Shown here in pieces: positions 20,898 to 32,550 of a stretch of 64,000 bases of DNA. The notes beneath the pieces are model-generated. The model was not told where the DNA came from, did not search any database, and saw only the letters and a list, made by a program, of their open reading frames with translations. The first letter of the stretch is position 1; each line of letters starts with the position of its first letter. The translations under genes were made by a program, and so were the position numbers. Source of the stretch: an uncultured Candidatus Rokubacteria bacterium (GTDB lineage: Bacteria; Methylomirabilota; Methylomirabilia; Rokubacteriales; CSP1-6); assembly GCA_963827505.1 (NCBI GenBank), contig CAWHBD010000003.1, forward strand, positions 1,544,252-1,608,251, read 5' to 3'.

Positions 20898-21015
20898 CGA
20901 GAAATCGAGGGGTCTGGGGGCCATTTCGGGGCTGAGCGAGAAATCGAGGGGCGCCACGGCTTAGCCGGGGCGTCCCGAGTATCGGGGGGTCTGGGGGCCA
21001 TTTCGGGGCCCCCAG
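20898..21015. repeat. REP-like intergenic element with direct repeats and hairpins
   Basis: GGGGTCTGGGGGCCATTTCGGGGC at 20909 and 20986; CGAGAAATCGAGGGG at 20898 and 20937; 9-bp stem CTGGGGGCC/GGCCCCCAG at 20991-21015. Confidence 0.7.
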
Positions 21016-21037
21016 CCAGACGGAAGGGGGTCTCGTC

Positions 21038-22879
21038 ATGTGCGGCATCGTCGGCTACGTCGGGGAGAAGAGTGCGGTCGGGATCATCGTCGACGGCCTC
21101 AAGCGTCTGGAGTACCGGGGGTACGACTCCGCCGGCGTTGCCGTGATCGGCGCGGGCGGCGCCCTCGAGGTGCGGCGGGCGGCCGGCCGCATGAAGATGC
21201 TCGAGGGGGTCCTTCGTGAGCGACCCATCGCGGGCCGCATCGGCATCGGCCACACGCGCTGGGCGACCCACGGGCGTCCGTCCGACGAGAATGCGCATCC
21301 CCACACCGACTGCTCGGGCACGCTGGTGGTGGTCCACAACGGCATCCTCGAGAACTATCTCGAGATCAAGGAGCGGCTCCTCGCCGAGGGGCACACGTTC
21401 AAGTCGGAGACCGACACCGAGGTCCTGGCCCATCTCATCGAGCACCATCTCAGGGCCGTCGGTCGGCTCGAGCGGGCGGTGAAGCTGGCGCTGGCCGAGT
21501 ACCGCGGCTCCTACGCCGTCGGCGTGGTCTCGACGGCCGCGCCCGACCGGCTCGTGGCCGCCAAGCACGGCGCCGGCAGCGTCGTGGTCGGCCTCGGCCG
21601 CGGCGAGATGTTCGTGGCCTCGGACATCCCGGCCATCCTCGGCCACACGCGCGACGTCGTCATCCTGGAGGACGGCGAGGTGGTGGTGGTGACCGCCGAG
21701 GGGGTGGAGCTCAGCACGCTGGACGATCAGCCCGTGCAGCGCGACCCCGTGCGCATCCTGTGGGACCCGATCATGGCCGAGAAGGGCGGCTACCGGCACT
21801 TCATGCTCAAGGAGATGTACGAGCAGCCGCGCGCCATCACCGATACCTTCCGGGGCCGCGTCGCGCCCGAGACCGGCAACATCCTGCTGCCCGACGTCAC
21901 GCTCGACCCGTCGACGTTGAAGGCGATCCAGCGCGTGGTCTTCGTGGCGTGCGGCACCGCCTCCTACGCCTCCCTGCTCGGCCGCTCGATGATCGAGAAG
22001 CTGGCCGGCCTGCCGGCCGAGGTGGACCTGGCCTCGGAGTTCCGGTATCGCGACGCGATCGTCGGGCCGGAGACTCTGGTGATCGCAGTCTCTCAGTCGG
22101 GTGAGACGGCGGACACCCTGGGGGCGGTGAAGGCGGCGCGCTTGAAGGGCGCGCCCATCCTGGCCATCACCAACGTCGTCGGCTCCGCCCTCTCGCGTGA
22201 GGCCACCGCGACCCTCTACATGCACGCCGGCCCCGAGATCGGCGTGGCGTCGACCAAGGCGTTCTCCACGATGGTCGTCGCTTCCTACCTGCTGGGGCTG
22301 TGGCTGGGCCGCCTGCGCGGCGTCCTGACGGCCGAGGACGTGCGCAAGCGCGTACAGGACCTGGTCGAGATTCCGCGCCTGGTCGAGAAGACCCTCGAGC
22401 TGGACGGCGCGGTGGCGGCCCTGGCCCGCCACCTGTCCTCGGCCCGTGACTTCCTCTACCTCGGCCGTGGCCTGCAGTACCCCATCGCTCTGGAGGGTGC
22501 CCTGAAGCTGAAGGAGCTGTCCTACATCCACGCCGAGGGGTACGCCGGCGGCGAGATGAAGCACGGTCCCATCGCGCTGATCGACGACGGCTTCCCGGTG
22601 GTGGCTCTCGCCCCCCGCGACGGCTCCTACGAGCGCATGCTGGGCAACATCGAGGAGGTACGCGCGCGGGAAGGCCAGGTGATCGCCGTCGTCCAGACCG
22701 GCGACAAGCTGGTCGCCTCCAAGGCCCAGCACATCATCGAGGTGCCGGCCGCGGCCGACCTGCTGGCCCCGCTGATCACCGTGGTGCCGCTGCAGCTGCT
22801 CGCATACCACATCGCGGTGCGCCGCGGCTGCGACGTGGACCAGCCGCGCAATCTGGCCAAGAGCGTCACCGTCGAGTAA
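21038..22879 (+). CDS. glmS: Glutamine--fructose-6-phosphate transaminase, copy 1
   Basis: MCGIVGY, GHTRWATHG, SQSGETADT and PRNLAKSVTVE. Confidence 0.97.
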   Translation: MCGIVGYVGEKSAVGIIVDGLKRLEYRGYDSAGVAVIGAGGALEVRRAAGRMKMLEGVLRERPIAGRIGIGHTRWATHGRPSDENAHPHTDCSGTLVVVHNGILENYLEIKERLLAEGHTFKSETDTEVLAHLIEHHLRAVGRLERAVKLALAEYRGSYAVGVVSTAAPDRLVAAKHGAGSVVVGLGRGEMFVASDIPAILGHTRDVVILEDGEVVVVTAEGVELSTLDDQPVQRDPVRILWDPIMAEKGGYRHFMLKEMYEQPRAITDTFRGRVAPETGNILLPDVTLDPSTLKAIQRVVFVACGTASYASLLGRSMIEKLAGLPAEVDLASEFRYRDAIVGPETLVIAVSQSGETADTLGAVKAARLKGAPILAITNVVGSALSREATATLYMHAGPEIGVASTKAFSTMVVASYLLGLWLGRLRGVLTAEDVRKRVQDLVEIPRLVEKTLELDGAVAALARHLSSARDFLYLGRGLQYPIALEGALKLKELSYIHAEGYAGGEMKHGPIALIDDGFPVVALAPRDGSYERMLGNIEEVRAREGQVIAVVQTGDKLVASKAQHIIEVPAAADLLAPLITVVPLQLLAYHIAVRRGCDVDQPRNLAKSVTVE

Positions 22880-22949
22880 TCCCGCGGCCGCGCCCTCGAC
22901 GCTGATCCACTGGCACCTCGACCGCGAGGGGCGCCATCCCTTCGGGCGC

Positions 22950-23750
22950 GTGTCGCCCGACCCTGCCCGGTGGGAGCCCATCGGCTTCCCGCCGCCGTGG
23001 CCGGACCGGCCGTGGATCTACGCCGTCATGGTCGCCTCGGCCAACGGCGTCGTCGCCTGGCGCCGCGCCGGCGTCGGCGACGATCCGGTGCTGGCCATCC
23101 TCGGCGGCGACCGCCGCCGGCCGGCCCGGGTCGCCGACAAACAGCTCCTGCGCTTCCTGCGCTGCTTCGGCGACGTCGCCGTCGGCGCCGAGACCGTGCG
23201 CACCCAGCCCGAGCTGTTGCTGAGCCCGCAGCAGCCCAGCGACGAGCCGGCGCCCGAGCTGTTCGCGTTCCGCGAGCGCGCGGGTCTGCCGCGCCAGCCT
23301 CGCAATGTCGTCTACTCGCCTTCGGGCCGACTGCCGCTCACACATCGCATCTTCACGACACCCGGCGTCGATCCGCTGGTCGTCACCACGCCGGCGGGGG
23401 AGGTGGCCCTGCGCCGGCAGGCGGGGTCGGCGCCACCACCGCCGACGGTCGTCGCCGACCTTGCCGAGGCGGGAGGACTGCGGCACGCCCACGCGCGCCT
23501 GTTCGCTGCGCACGGCGTGCGCTACCTCGACTGCGAGGGCGGGCAGACGGTGCTGGAGGCCCTGCACGGAGCGGGTCTTCTCGACGAGGTCTTCCTGACG
23601 GTGACGCCGTTCGTGATCGACGAGGCGGCCCACGTCGGCCTGCTGAAGATCTTCGACTTCGAGGCGGAGCGGGCGGATCTCCTCGCGGAGGGCCGGACGG
23701 CGGCGGACGAGGCATGGGTCTTCCGCCGCTGGCGGTTCAACCACCGATGA
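22950..23750 (+). CDS. RibD C-terminal/dihydrofolate-reductase-like protein; start uncertain
   Basis: PWIYAVMVASANG, VGAETVR, CEGGQTV and GLLDEVFLTVTP. Confidence 0.75.
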   Translation: MSPDPARWEPIGFPPPWPDRPWIYAVMVASANGVVAWRRAGVGDDPVLAILGGDRRRPARVADKQLLRFLRCFGDVAVGAETVRTQPELLLSPQQPSDEPAPELFAFRERAGLPRQPRNVVYSPSGRLPLTHRIFTTPGVDPLVVTTPAGEVALRRQAGSAPPPPTVVADLAEAGGLRHAHARLFAAHGVRYLDCEGGQTVLEALHGAGLLDEVFLTVTPFVIDEAAHVGLLKIFDFEAERADLLAEGRTAADEAWVFRRWRFNHR

Positions 23751-23769
23751 TGAGGCGGCGCGGGCGGTA

Positions 23770-24150
23770 CTAGCGGGGGTTGGGCTGCAGGGCCTCGGCG
23801 CCGCATGCGTCGGCGACGAGACGGTCGAGGTGCATCAGGTCGAAGGGCTTGGGCAGGTAGCCGTTGGCGCCTGCGTTCAGCGCCTCCTGGGCGACCTGCA
23901 GGGAGTCGTAGCCGGTCATGATGAAGATGGGCACGGTCACCCCCATCTCGCGGAGCGACTTCAGCAAGCTGATCCCGTCCAGCCCCGGCATCTTGATGTC
24001 CAGCAGCGCCACGTCGGGCGCCCCGCGGACGATGAGGCTGAGCGCCTGCGACGCGTTGGCCGCCACCTGCACCGCGTAGCGGTTCTCGAAGAACTGGCGC
24101 AGGATGTCCTGGACCACCTCATTGTCTTCGACGACCAGGATCTTCTTCAC
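23770..24150 (-). CDS. Single-domain response regulator
   Basis: KILVVEDN, LLDIKMPGLDG, IMTG and YLPKPF. Confidence 0.9.
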   Translation of the reverse strand: MKKILVVEDNEVVQDILRQFFENRYAVQVAANASQALSLIVRGAPDVALLDIKMPGLDGISLLKSLREMGVTVPIFIMTGYDSLQVAQEALNAGANGYLPKPFDLMHLDRLVADACGAEALQPNPR

Positions 24151-24164
24151 GGCGTTCGTGCGTG

Positions 24165-24179
24165 GCAAGCGGTATGCCA
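24165..24179 (-). promoter_or_regulatory. Sigma54 promoter for the response regulator at 24150
   Basis: Minus strand reads TGGCAT-ACCGC-TTGC; predicted TSS near 24153, immediately before the GTG. Confidence 0.6.
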
Positions 24180-24294
24180 GACAGCGCTCGCCGAACCGCC
24201 CGAAAAATCGGCGCGCTACTGGGGATTTCCCGGCCTGGCGCCGTGACGATTTGGCCTGTCGCGCGCAATTTGTCCCGTCGGTTACAATCACGTA

Positions 24295-26469
24295 GTGTCA
24301 GCCCGGCTCGAGCACCTCCTCGACGATCTGAACCCCGCGCAGCGTGAGGCCGTGGTCGCCGGCGACGGACCGTTGCTCGTCCTGGCCGGCGCCGGCAGCG
24401 GCAAGACCCGGGTCATCGCCTATCGCATCGCCTGGCAGCTGACCCGGCAGGAGCTGTCGCCGCGCAACCTGCTCGCCGTCACGTTCACCAACAAGGCGGC
24501 GGGCGAGATGAAGCGTCGCGTGGAGGCCCTGCTGGCCCCGGCCGGCATCAGGCCCCCGCTCATCGCCACCTTTCACTCGATGTGCGTGCGGGTCCTGCGC
24601 CAGCACGGCGGCCACGTCGGCCTGCCCCCGCACTTCACGATCTACGACGAGGACGATCGCCTCGCCCTGGTGAAGGAGTGCATGAAGGAGGGCGAGCTGG
24701 CCGACCGCACGTTCACGCCGAGCGCGGCCGTCCACCGCATCTCCTACCTCAAGAACCAGATGACCGCGGTGACCGAGGCCCTGCGCGATGCCCGGGGGCC
24801 GTGGGAGAAGAAGGCCGCGCTGGTCTACTCGCGCTACGAGAAGCGGCTGCGGGAGACAGGCGCGGTGGACTTCGACGACCTCCTGCTGCTGGTGGTGCGG
24901 CTGCTGGCCGAGACGCCGGAGGTGCTCGCCTGGTACCGGGGGCTCTGGCGCTACGTGCTGGTCGACGAGTACCAGGACACCAACCGCGCGCAGTACCGGA
25001 TCATCCGCCTGCTCACCCAGGAGCATCGCAACGTCTGCGTCGTCGGCGACTCCGACCAGTCGATCTACAGGTGGCGGGGCGCGGACATCCGCAACATCCT
25101 CGACTTCGAGGACGACTTTCCGGGCACCAAGGTCGTGCGGCTGGAGCAGAACTACCGCTCGACCCAGCGCATCCTGGCCGTGGCGGCCGGAGTCATCGCC
25201 CACAACGTCGCGCGCAAGGACAAGACGCTGTGGACGGAGAATCCGGCAGGGGAGCCGGCGCGCGTCTACCGCGCGTGGGACGAGCACGAGGAGGCCTCGT
25301 TCGTCGCCCAGTCGCATCCTGGGGCTGCGCGGCGAGGGCGTGGCGTCGGGACGGGGTCGCGGTCTTCTACCGTACGAACGCGCAGTCCCGCGTGCTCGAG
25401 GACGCGCTGCGGCGCGGCCCGCATCCCCTACGTCATCGTGGGCGGCGTGCGCTTCTACGAGCGGCGCGAGATCAAGGACACCCTGGCCTACCTGCGGCTC
25501 GCGGTGAATCCGGCCGACGACGTCGCTTTCCGGCGGGCCATCGGCGCCCCCAGCCGCGGGCATCGGGCCCACCACGCTGGCCCGCCTGGACGAGGAGTCC
25601 GCGCGGCAGAGCCGCCCGCTGCTGGCGGTGGCGGCCGAGCCGCCCGCCGACATCCGCGGCAAGGCGGGCCGGACGCTCCAGGACTTCGCGGCGCTGATCG
25701 CCCGGCTGGCCGGGCAGCGGCGCGACCTCGCCCCTGCCCGCCTTCATCGACCTGGTGCTCGAGCAGACTCGGCTACCGGGAGGCGCTGCGCCAGGAGCGG
25801 TCGCCGGAGGCCGAAGGCGCGGCTGGAGAACCTGGAGGAGCTGATCGCCGCCGCCGAGGACTTCACGCACGTCGAGGCGGAGCCGACCCTGGAGGGATTC
25901 CTCGACGGCGTGGCGCTGGTGGCCGACGTCGACGAGCTGAAGGACGCCGACTCGCGGGTGACGCTCATGACCCTGCACTCCGCCAAGGGGCTGGAGTTTC
26001 CGGCGGTGTTCCTCACCGGGCTCGAGGAGGGCGTGTTTCCCCACGCCCGATCGATGAACGATCCGCGACGAGATCGAGGAGGAGCGGCGGCTGTGCTACG
26101 TCGGCGTCACCCGCGCCCGCGAGCGGCTGGTCCTGTCGTGCGCCCTGCACCGGCGCATCCACGGCTACGGGGTGGGCGAGCCCTCGCGCTTCCTGCGCGA
26201 GATGCCCGAGGAGCAGCTCCTGCCGCTCAACGCCGGCGCCGGCCGCGTGCAGGAGCCGGCCGCCCCGGCCTTGGCCGTGCCCCGCTACGAGCCGGAGGAG
26301 ACGGCGTGGCCGATCAAGGTCGGCGCCCGTGTGCGCCACGCCCGCTTCGGCGAGGGGCTGGTGGTGGGCGTCGAGCGGGACGGCGCCGACATGATCGTCA
26401 CCGTCGGCTTCGCCAGCGTCGGCCGCAAGCGGCTCTCGCTGCAGTACGCGCACCTGGAGGAGACTGTAG
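24295..26469 (+). CDS. pcrA: UvrD/PcrA DNA helicase (several frameshifts)
   Basis: LNPAQ, AGAGSGKT, TFTNKAA, DEYQD, LEQNYRS, TLHSAKGLEF and EERRLCYVGVTRA; C-terminal Tudor-like VRHARFGEG. Confidence 0.93.
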
Positions 26470-26472
26470 GCC

Positions 26473-26765
26473 GTGATCAGTCTCGCGAGGACGTCGAGCA
26501 CGTGGCGCGGCTCTCCCGGCTGGCGCTGGGCGAGGCCGAGCTGGAGCGCATGCGCGAGCAGCTCGACGGCATCCTCGCCTACATCGACACGCTGCGGGCG
26601 CTCGACACCGCGCGGCGTCGAGCCGACCTCCCACGCGGTGCCGCTCGTCAACGTGATGCGCGAGGACGAGGCGCGCCCGTGCCTGTCCCAGGACGACTGC
26701 CCTCGCCAACGCGCCCGACCGGCAGCGCGGCCTTCTTCCGCGTGCCCCGGATCATCGAGGACTGA
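26473..26765 (+). CDS. gatC: Asp/Glu-tRNA amidotransferase subunit C (frameshifted)
   Basis: EDVEHVARLSRL...GVEPTSH...NVMRED...FFRVPRIIE. Confidence 0.9.
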
Positions 26766-28250
26766 GCGTCGGACGTGCCGGCGCTCGACCATCCACGACG
26801 CTGAGCGCCGCCTTCGCCAAGCGGCGAGGCCTCGCCGGTCGCGGTCACCGAGGCGTACCTGGCCCGTATCGCCGCGCTCGACGCACGGCGTCGGCGCCTA
26901 CCTGACCGTCACCGCCGACGAGGCGCTGGCGGCGCCGGGCCGCCGAGGCGGACGCGCGCTACCGGGCGGGACGCGCCGCGCGGGCCCCTCGACGGCGTGC
27001 CGCTGGCGCTCAAGGACGTCTTCTGCACGCGCGGGGTCCGCACCACCTGCGGCTCGCGGATCCTCGAGCGCTTCGTGCCGCCCTACGACGCCACCGTCGT
27101 GGAGCGGCTACGTGCGGCCGGCGCGGTCCTGCTCGGCAAGACCAACATGGACGAGTTCGCGATGGGCTCGTCCACCGAGAACTCGGCCTTCCAGCTCACC
27201 CGCAACCCGTGGGACCTCGAGCCGCGTGCCCGGGCGGCTCCTCGGGTGGCTCGGCGGCCGCGGTGGCCGGCGGCCTCGCCGCCGGCGGCCTCGGCACCGA
27301 CACCGGCGGCTCGATCCGCCAGCCGGCCGCCTTCTGCGGCGTGGTCGGGCTCAAGCCGACCTACGGGCGCGTCTCGCGCTACGGCGCTGATCGCCTTCGC
27401 CTCCTCGCTCGACCAGGTCGGCACCCTTGGCGCTCGACGTGACCGACGCCGCGCTGCTGCTGGGTGCGATCGCCGGCCACGATCCGCTCGACGCCACCTC
27501 GGTCGACGTGCCGGTGCCCGACTACGCGGCCGGGCTGGGCGGCGGCGTGCGGGGGCTGCGCGTCGGCGTGCCCGACGAGTACTTCGTCGACGGGCTCGAT
27601 CCCGAGGTCGAGCGCGCGGTGCGGGCGGCCATCGACGTGCTCCGCGACCTCGGCGCCACCGTCGAGCGCGTGTCGCTGCCGCACACCGAGCACGGGCTCG
27701 CCACCTACTACATCGTGGCGCCCGCCGAGGCCTCGTCGAACCTGGCCCGCTACGACGGCGTGAAGTACGGGCTGCGGGTGCCGGGGCACGCGACCTCATC
27801 GACATGGCCGGCCGCACGCGCGCGGCCGGCTTCGGGCCCGAGGTCAAGCGGCGCATCATGCTCGGGGACCTACGCGCTGTCGGCCGGGCTACTACGACGC
27901 GTACTACGGCCAGGCCCAGAAGGTGCGCACGCTCGTCCGCCGCGACTTCGAGGCCGCCTTCGCGCGCGTCGATCTGCTGGTGGCGCCGACCACGCCCGGG
28001 GTGGCGTTCAAGCACGGCGAGAAGGACAGACCCGCTGCCGATGTACCTGAACGACGTGTTCACGATCCCGGCCAGCCTGGCCGGGCTGCCCGGCGATCTC
28101 GGTCCCGTGCGGGCTTCAGCGCGGCCGGGCTGCCCGATCGGCCTGCAGCTCATCGGCGCGCGCGCTCGACGAGGCCACGCTGCTGCGCGCCGCCCACGCC
28201 TACGAGCAGGCCACGACCGTGGCGCGACGCGCCGCCCGGAGCTGACGTGA
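26762..28250 (+). CDS. gatA: Asp/Glu-tRNA amidotransferase subunit A (heavily frameshifted; start approximate)
   Basis: [34 protein letters not shown] and [11 protein letters not shown]. Confidence 0.93.
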
Positions 28251-29731
28251 GCGCGTCGACGGTGACCACCGCCTACGAGACCGTCATCGGCCTGGAGGTG
28301 CACGCGCAGCTGCGCGACGCGCTCGAAGATGTTCTGCGGCTGCGCGACGGCGTTCGGCGCGGCGCCGAACACGCCAGACGTGCCGGTCTGCCTGGGCATG
28401 CCGGGCGCGCTGCCGGTGCATCAACCGTCGCGCCGTCGAGTTCGGCGTCCGCACGGCGCTGGCCTTCGGCTGCGGGTGAACGCGCCTGCCGCTTCGCGCG
28501 CAAGCACTACTACTACCCGGACATGCCGAAGAACTACCAGATCAGCCAGTACGAGGAGCCGCTGGCCGAGGACGGCGGGCTCGAGATCGAGACGCCGGCC
28601 GGCGGCCGCGCGGATCGGCATCCAGCGCCTGCACCTCGAGGAGGACGTCGGCAAGCTCGTCCACGAGGGCGACTTCGCGACCGCGCAGGCCGAGCCTGGT
28701 CGACTACAACCGCGCCGGGCGTGCCGCTCATGGAGATCGTGTCGCGGCCCGGATCTGCGGTCGCCCGAGGAGGCCGCCGCCTACCTGCGCGGCCTTCCGG
28801 GCCGTGCTCGTCTACCTCGGCGTGTGCGACGGCAACATGGAAGAGGGCTCGCTGCGCTGCGACGCCAACGTCTCGCTGCCGCCCGCGTCGGCGCCGCCGA
28901 GCTCGGCACCAAGGTCGAGATCAAGAACCTGAACTCGTTCCGCAACGTGCAGCACGCGCTCGAGTACGAGGTGCGGCGGCAGGCGCGAGGCCCTGGACGG
29001 CCGGGCGAGCGGATCGTGCAGGAGACGCGGCTGTGGGACGCCGACCGCGGCAACACCGCGCTCGATGCGCTCCAAGGAGTTCGCGCACGACTACCGCTAC
29101 TTCCCCGAGCCCGACCTGGTGCCGCTGCGGCTCGGACCCGGCCTGGGTCGAGCAGGTCCGCGCCGGCTGCCCGAGCTGCCCCGCGCCCGGCGCCAGCGGT
29201 TCGTGAGCGAGTACGGGCTGCCGGCCTACGACGCCGAGATCCTGACGCAGAGTCGAGTGCGCTGGCCGACGTACTACGAGGCGGCGGTGCGCGCGCACCG
29301 CAACGCCAAGGCCATCTCCAACTGGGTCATGACCGAGCTGCTGCGCGATCTTGCAGGGTGACGACGAGACGGCGGTGGCCGCGCTGCACCGATCGCGCCG
29401 GCCGATCTGGCCGGCCTGGTGCGACTCATCGACGACGGCACCATCAGCGGCAAGATCGCCAAGGACGTCTTCGACGCGGATGTGGCCGGCGGCGAGGATC
29501 CCGCCGCGATCGTGCGGCGCGAGGGGCTCACCCAGGTGGCCGATGCCGGCGCCCTGGAAGCGCTGGTCGACCAGGCGATCGCCGCCAACCCGAAGGCGGT
29601 GGACGACTTCAAGGGCGGCAAGGTGGCGGCCGCCAAATCGCTGGTGGGCCAGGTCATGAAGGCCAGCGGGGGCAAGGCCAACCCGGCCATGGTCGAACCG
29701 CCTCGTCCAGGAGAAACTGTCGAGGATCTGA
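28247..29731 (+). CDS. gatB: Asp/Glu-tRNA amidotransferase subunit B (heavily frameshifted)
   Basis: [55 protein letters not shown] and [13 protein letters not shown]. Confidence 0.93.
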
Positions 29732-29761
29732 TCCCCGCGGCTATAATCGGAACCGCGCGTC

Positions 29762-30437
29762 ATGATTGAGCTTCACCGGGTCTCGAAGATCTACGCCGTG
29801 GGGCCGGTGAAGGTGCCAGCGCTCTCCGACGTCTCCTTCCGGGTCGCCAAGGGTGAGTTCGTCACGCTGTGCGGCCCCAGCGGCAGCCGGCAAGACGACC
29901 CTCCTGCGGCTGCTCTACCGCGACGACACGCCGACCGAGGGCGAGGTGGACGTGCTGGGCGAAGACGCTGACCCAGCTGAGCCGCGGGCAGGTCGCCGGC
30001 CTTGCGCCGCTCGATCGGCATCGTGTTCCAGGACGCCAAGCTGCTGCCGGGCCGGACGGTTTACGAGAACGTCGCCTTCGTGCTGCGGGTGCTGGGGACG
30101 CCCCGTCGTGAGATCACCGGGCGCGTGTTCGACGCGCTGCGCGCCGGTGGGGCTCTCCGCGCGAGCCCAGGCCTATCCGGCCCAGCTCTCCCAGGGCGAG
30201 GCCCAGCGGGCCGCGCTGGCCCGCGCGATCGCCCGCAAGCCGCTGCTGCTCATCGCCGACGAGCCGACGGGCAGCCTCGACGAGGGTATGGCCGCCGAGG
30301 TCCTCGACATCGTCAAGGACATCTGGGCGGGCGGTACCACCGTGCTCTTCGCCACACACCAGGCCTCGCTGGCGGCCGCGCTGCAACACCGCACGCTGAG
30401 TCTGCAGAGCGGGCGGCTGGTCAAGGACGAGGGCTGA
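29762..30437 (+). CDS. ftsE: Cell division ABC ATPase FtsE (frameshifted)
   Basis: GPSG..GKTT, IGIVFQD, LSQGEAQR and ADEPTG; TATAAT at 29742-29747; precedes ftsX. Confidence 0.85.
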
Positions 30438-30442
30438 GGCGC

Positions 30443-31329
30443 GTGTTTGGTTTCCTTCTCGGTGAGGCGCTGCGCGACCTCCGACGCGCCGGGCGAGTGG
30501 CCGTCAGCGCCATCTTCCTCATCTCGCTCTCGCTCGCCGCGCTCGGAGCTTTCTGGCTGCTGTCGTCCAACCTCGGCCAGGCCATCGCCCAGTTCCGGGA
30601 GCGGGTGAAGCGTCATCGTCTACCTCAAGCGCGAGCCGCCCGCCGCCGAGGCGAATGCGCTGGCCGAGCGGGTGCGGCGGATGCCGGGCGTGGCGGCCGT
30701 GCGCTACGTGGGCAAGACGGAGGCGCTCGGCACCCTGAGGCAGGTGCTCGGCAAGGACGCCGCCGTGGCCGACTCGCTGCCGCAGAACCCGTTGCCCGCC
30801 TCGCTGGAGATCACGCCCCACCGAGGAGGGGGCCACGCTGGAGGGCTCGCGCGCGCTGGTGACGCGGCTGTCGGCGCTTCCGGAGACAGACGAGGTCGGC
30901 GGCGGCGTGGAGTGGATGGACCGCTTCGCCCACGGCCAGCGGCTCCTGTGGCTGTTCGCCCTCGGTGTGGGCGCGGTGCTGGCCGGCGCCGCCATCCTGA
31001 CCGTGTCCACGGCCACGGCCCTGGTGCTACACGTGCGCCGCGACGAGATGGAGATCATGCGGCTGGTCGGCGCCCCCGAGCACGTCGTGCGGCTGCCGCT
31101 GCTACTGCAGGGGATGATGCAGGGGCTGATCGGCGCCGTGCTGGCGATCTGGGTCCTGATCGGCTGCTACGCGATCCTGGGCCCGCGCATCGAGCCGCTC
31201 GTGACCGAGACGCTGGGCATCACGCGGCTGGCCTTCCTGCGCCCGCTCAACGTGGTCTCCCTGATGGTGGCCGGGACCCTGCTGGGCGGGCTGGGCGGCC
31301 TGATGGCGCGCGGGCGTCCCGAGCCATGA
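30443..31329 (+). CDS. ftsX: Cell division permease FtsX (frameshifted)
   Basis: NPLPASLEI and RRDEMEIMRLVGA; 4-TM layout. Confidence 0.88.
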
Positions 31330-32529
31330 GCCGCCCGCGGCGCCTGATCGTGGTCCTGGCCCTGGTGGCGGTGGCCGCCCCCGTTCTGGCCCAGGCTCCC
31401 CGCAAGGACGACGCGATCCAGGCCGAGCAGCGCAAGCTGCGCCAGACCGAGCAGCAGCTACGCGACGAGAAGCGCAAGGCGGCCGAGGCGAGGGCGCGGG
31501 AAACCTCGCTCCTGGCCGAACTGGACCAGGTCGAGCAGCAGATGGTCGACAAGCACAAGCAGATCGCCAAGCTCGACACCCGGATCGCCCGGACGCTGAC
31601 CGAGGTGACCGGGCTGCGGGGGGAGGTCCAGGGGCTCGCAGCGGCAACGGGCGAGCCAGGAACAGGCCCTCAGCCGCCGGCTGCGGGCCATGTACAAGAT
31701 GCATGCCCAGGGAGGGGCGCTGCCCCTCCTGCTATCCGGTGATGACCCGGTGGCACGGGCCGTGGCGGTGCGCCATCTGGCCAGCCTGGCTACCCTGGAC
31801 GCTCGCCTCATCCAGGAGTATCGTGGAACAACAGACCGGCTTGATGATCGCCGGCGCCGGGAGGAAACCCGGCAGCGGGAGCTCGCCGATCTCAAATCCG
31901 ACGCCCAGCGTGAACAGGCCGAAGCCGATCGGGATGCCGCCAAGCGACGTAGCCTCCTCGTCAGGGTGCGTGACGAGCGCGCCTACCACGAGCGAATGGT
32001 CGGCGAGCTCACCGAGGCGGCCCGCCGACTCGAGGCGTTCATCGGGGACCTGCAGGCCAAGCAGCGCCGCCTGGCCCGCGTGCCACCGCCCAAGGGAGGA
32101 AGCCTCCCACCGGGGGTGGGGTTCGGCAATCTCCGGGGGCGTCTGCCGTGGCCCACGGAAGGGCGTATCATCGCGGCGTTCGGCGCGCAGGTGCACCCGC
32201 GCTTCGGCACGCGCACGTTCCGTAACGGCGTGGACATCGAGGCCAACGAGGGGCGCGACGTGGCGGCCGTCTACGGCGGTCACGTCATCTACACGGGATG
32301 GTTCAAGGGGTACGGCAACCTGATCATCCTGGATCACGACAACGAGTACTACACCCTGTACGCGCACATGGCCGAGATCGGCGTACGGGAAGGCGACGAC
32401 GTCCGGCAAGGGCAGCGTCTGGGGACAGTCGGGGACACGGGCTCGCTGGAGGGACCGCGGCTCTACTTCGAGGTCCGCTACCAGGGCAAGCCGCAGGATC
32501 CGGAGCAGTGGCTCCGGCAGCGGGGCTGA
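31326..32529 (+). CDS. envC: Murein hydrolase activator EnvC (coiled coil plus degenerate M23 domain; one frameshift)
   Basis: Signal peptide; long coiled coil; GRLPWP, NGVDI, GYGNLIILDH and LYFEVR. Confidence 0.85.
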
Positions 32530-32550
32530 GAGGTCGGCCAGGGGGAATCC

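Noticed and set aside
20891-21037. glmS ribozyme or mini-CRISPR in the glmU-glmS spacer
   Set aside because: I could not match the conserved ribozyme core; there are only two copies of each repeat, no regular spacers and no cas genes
24295-31700. Mass pseudogenisation or programmed frameshifting of pcrA, gatCAB, ftsEX and envC
   Set aside because: Housekeeping genes with intact motifs and many scattered single-base indels without slippery sites fit consensus error
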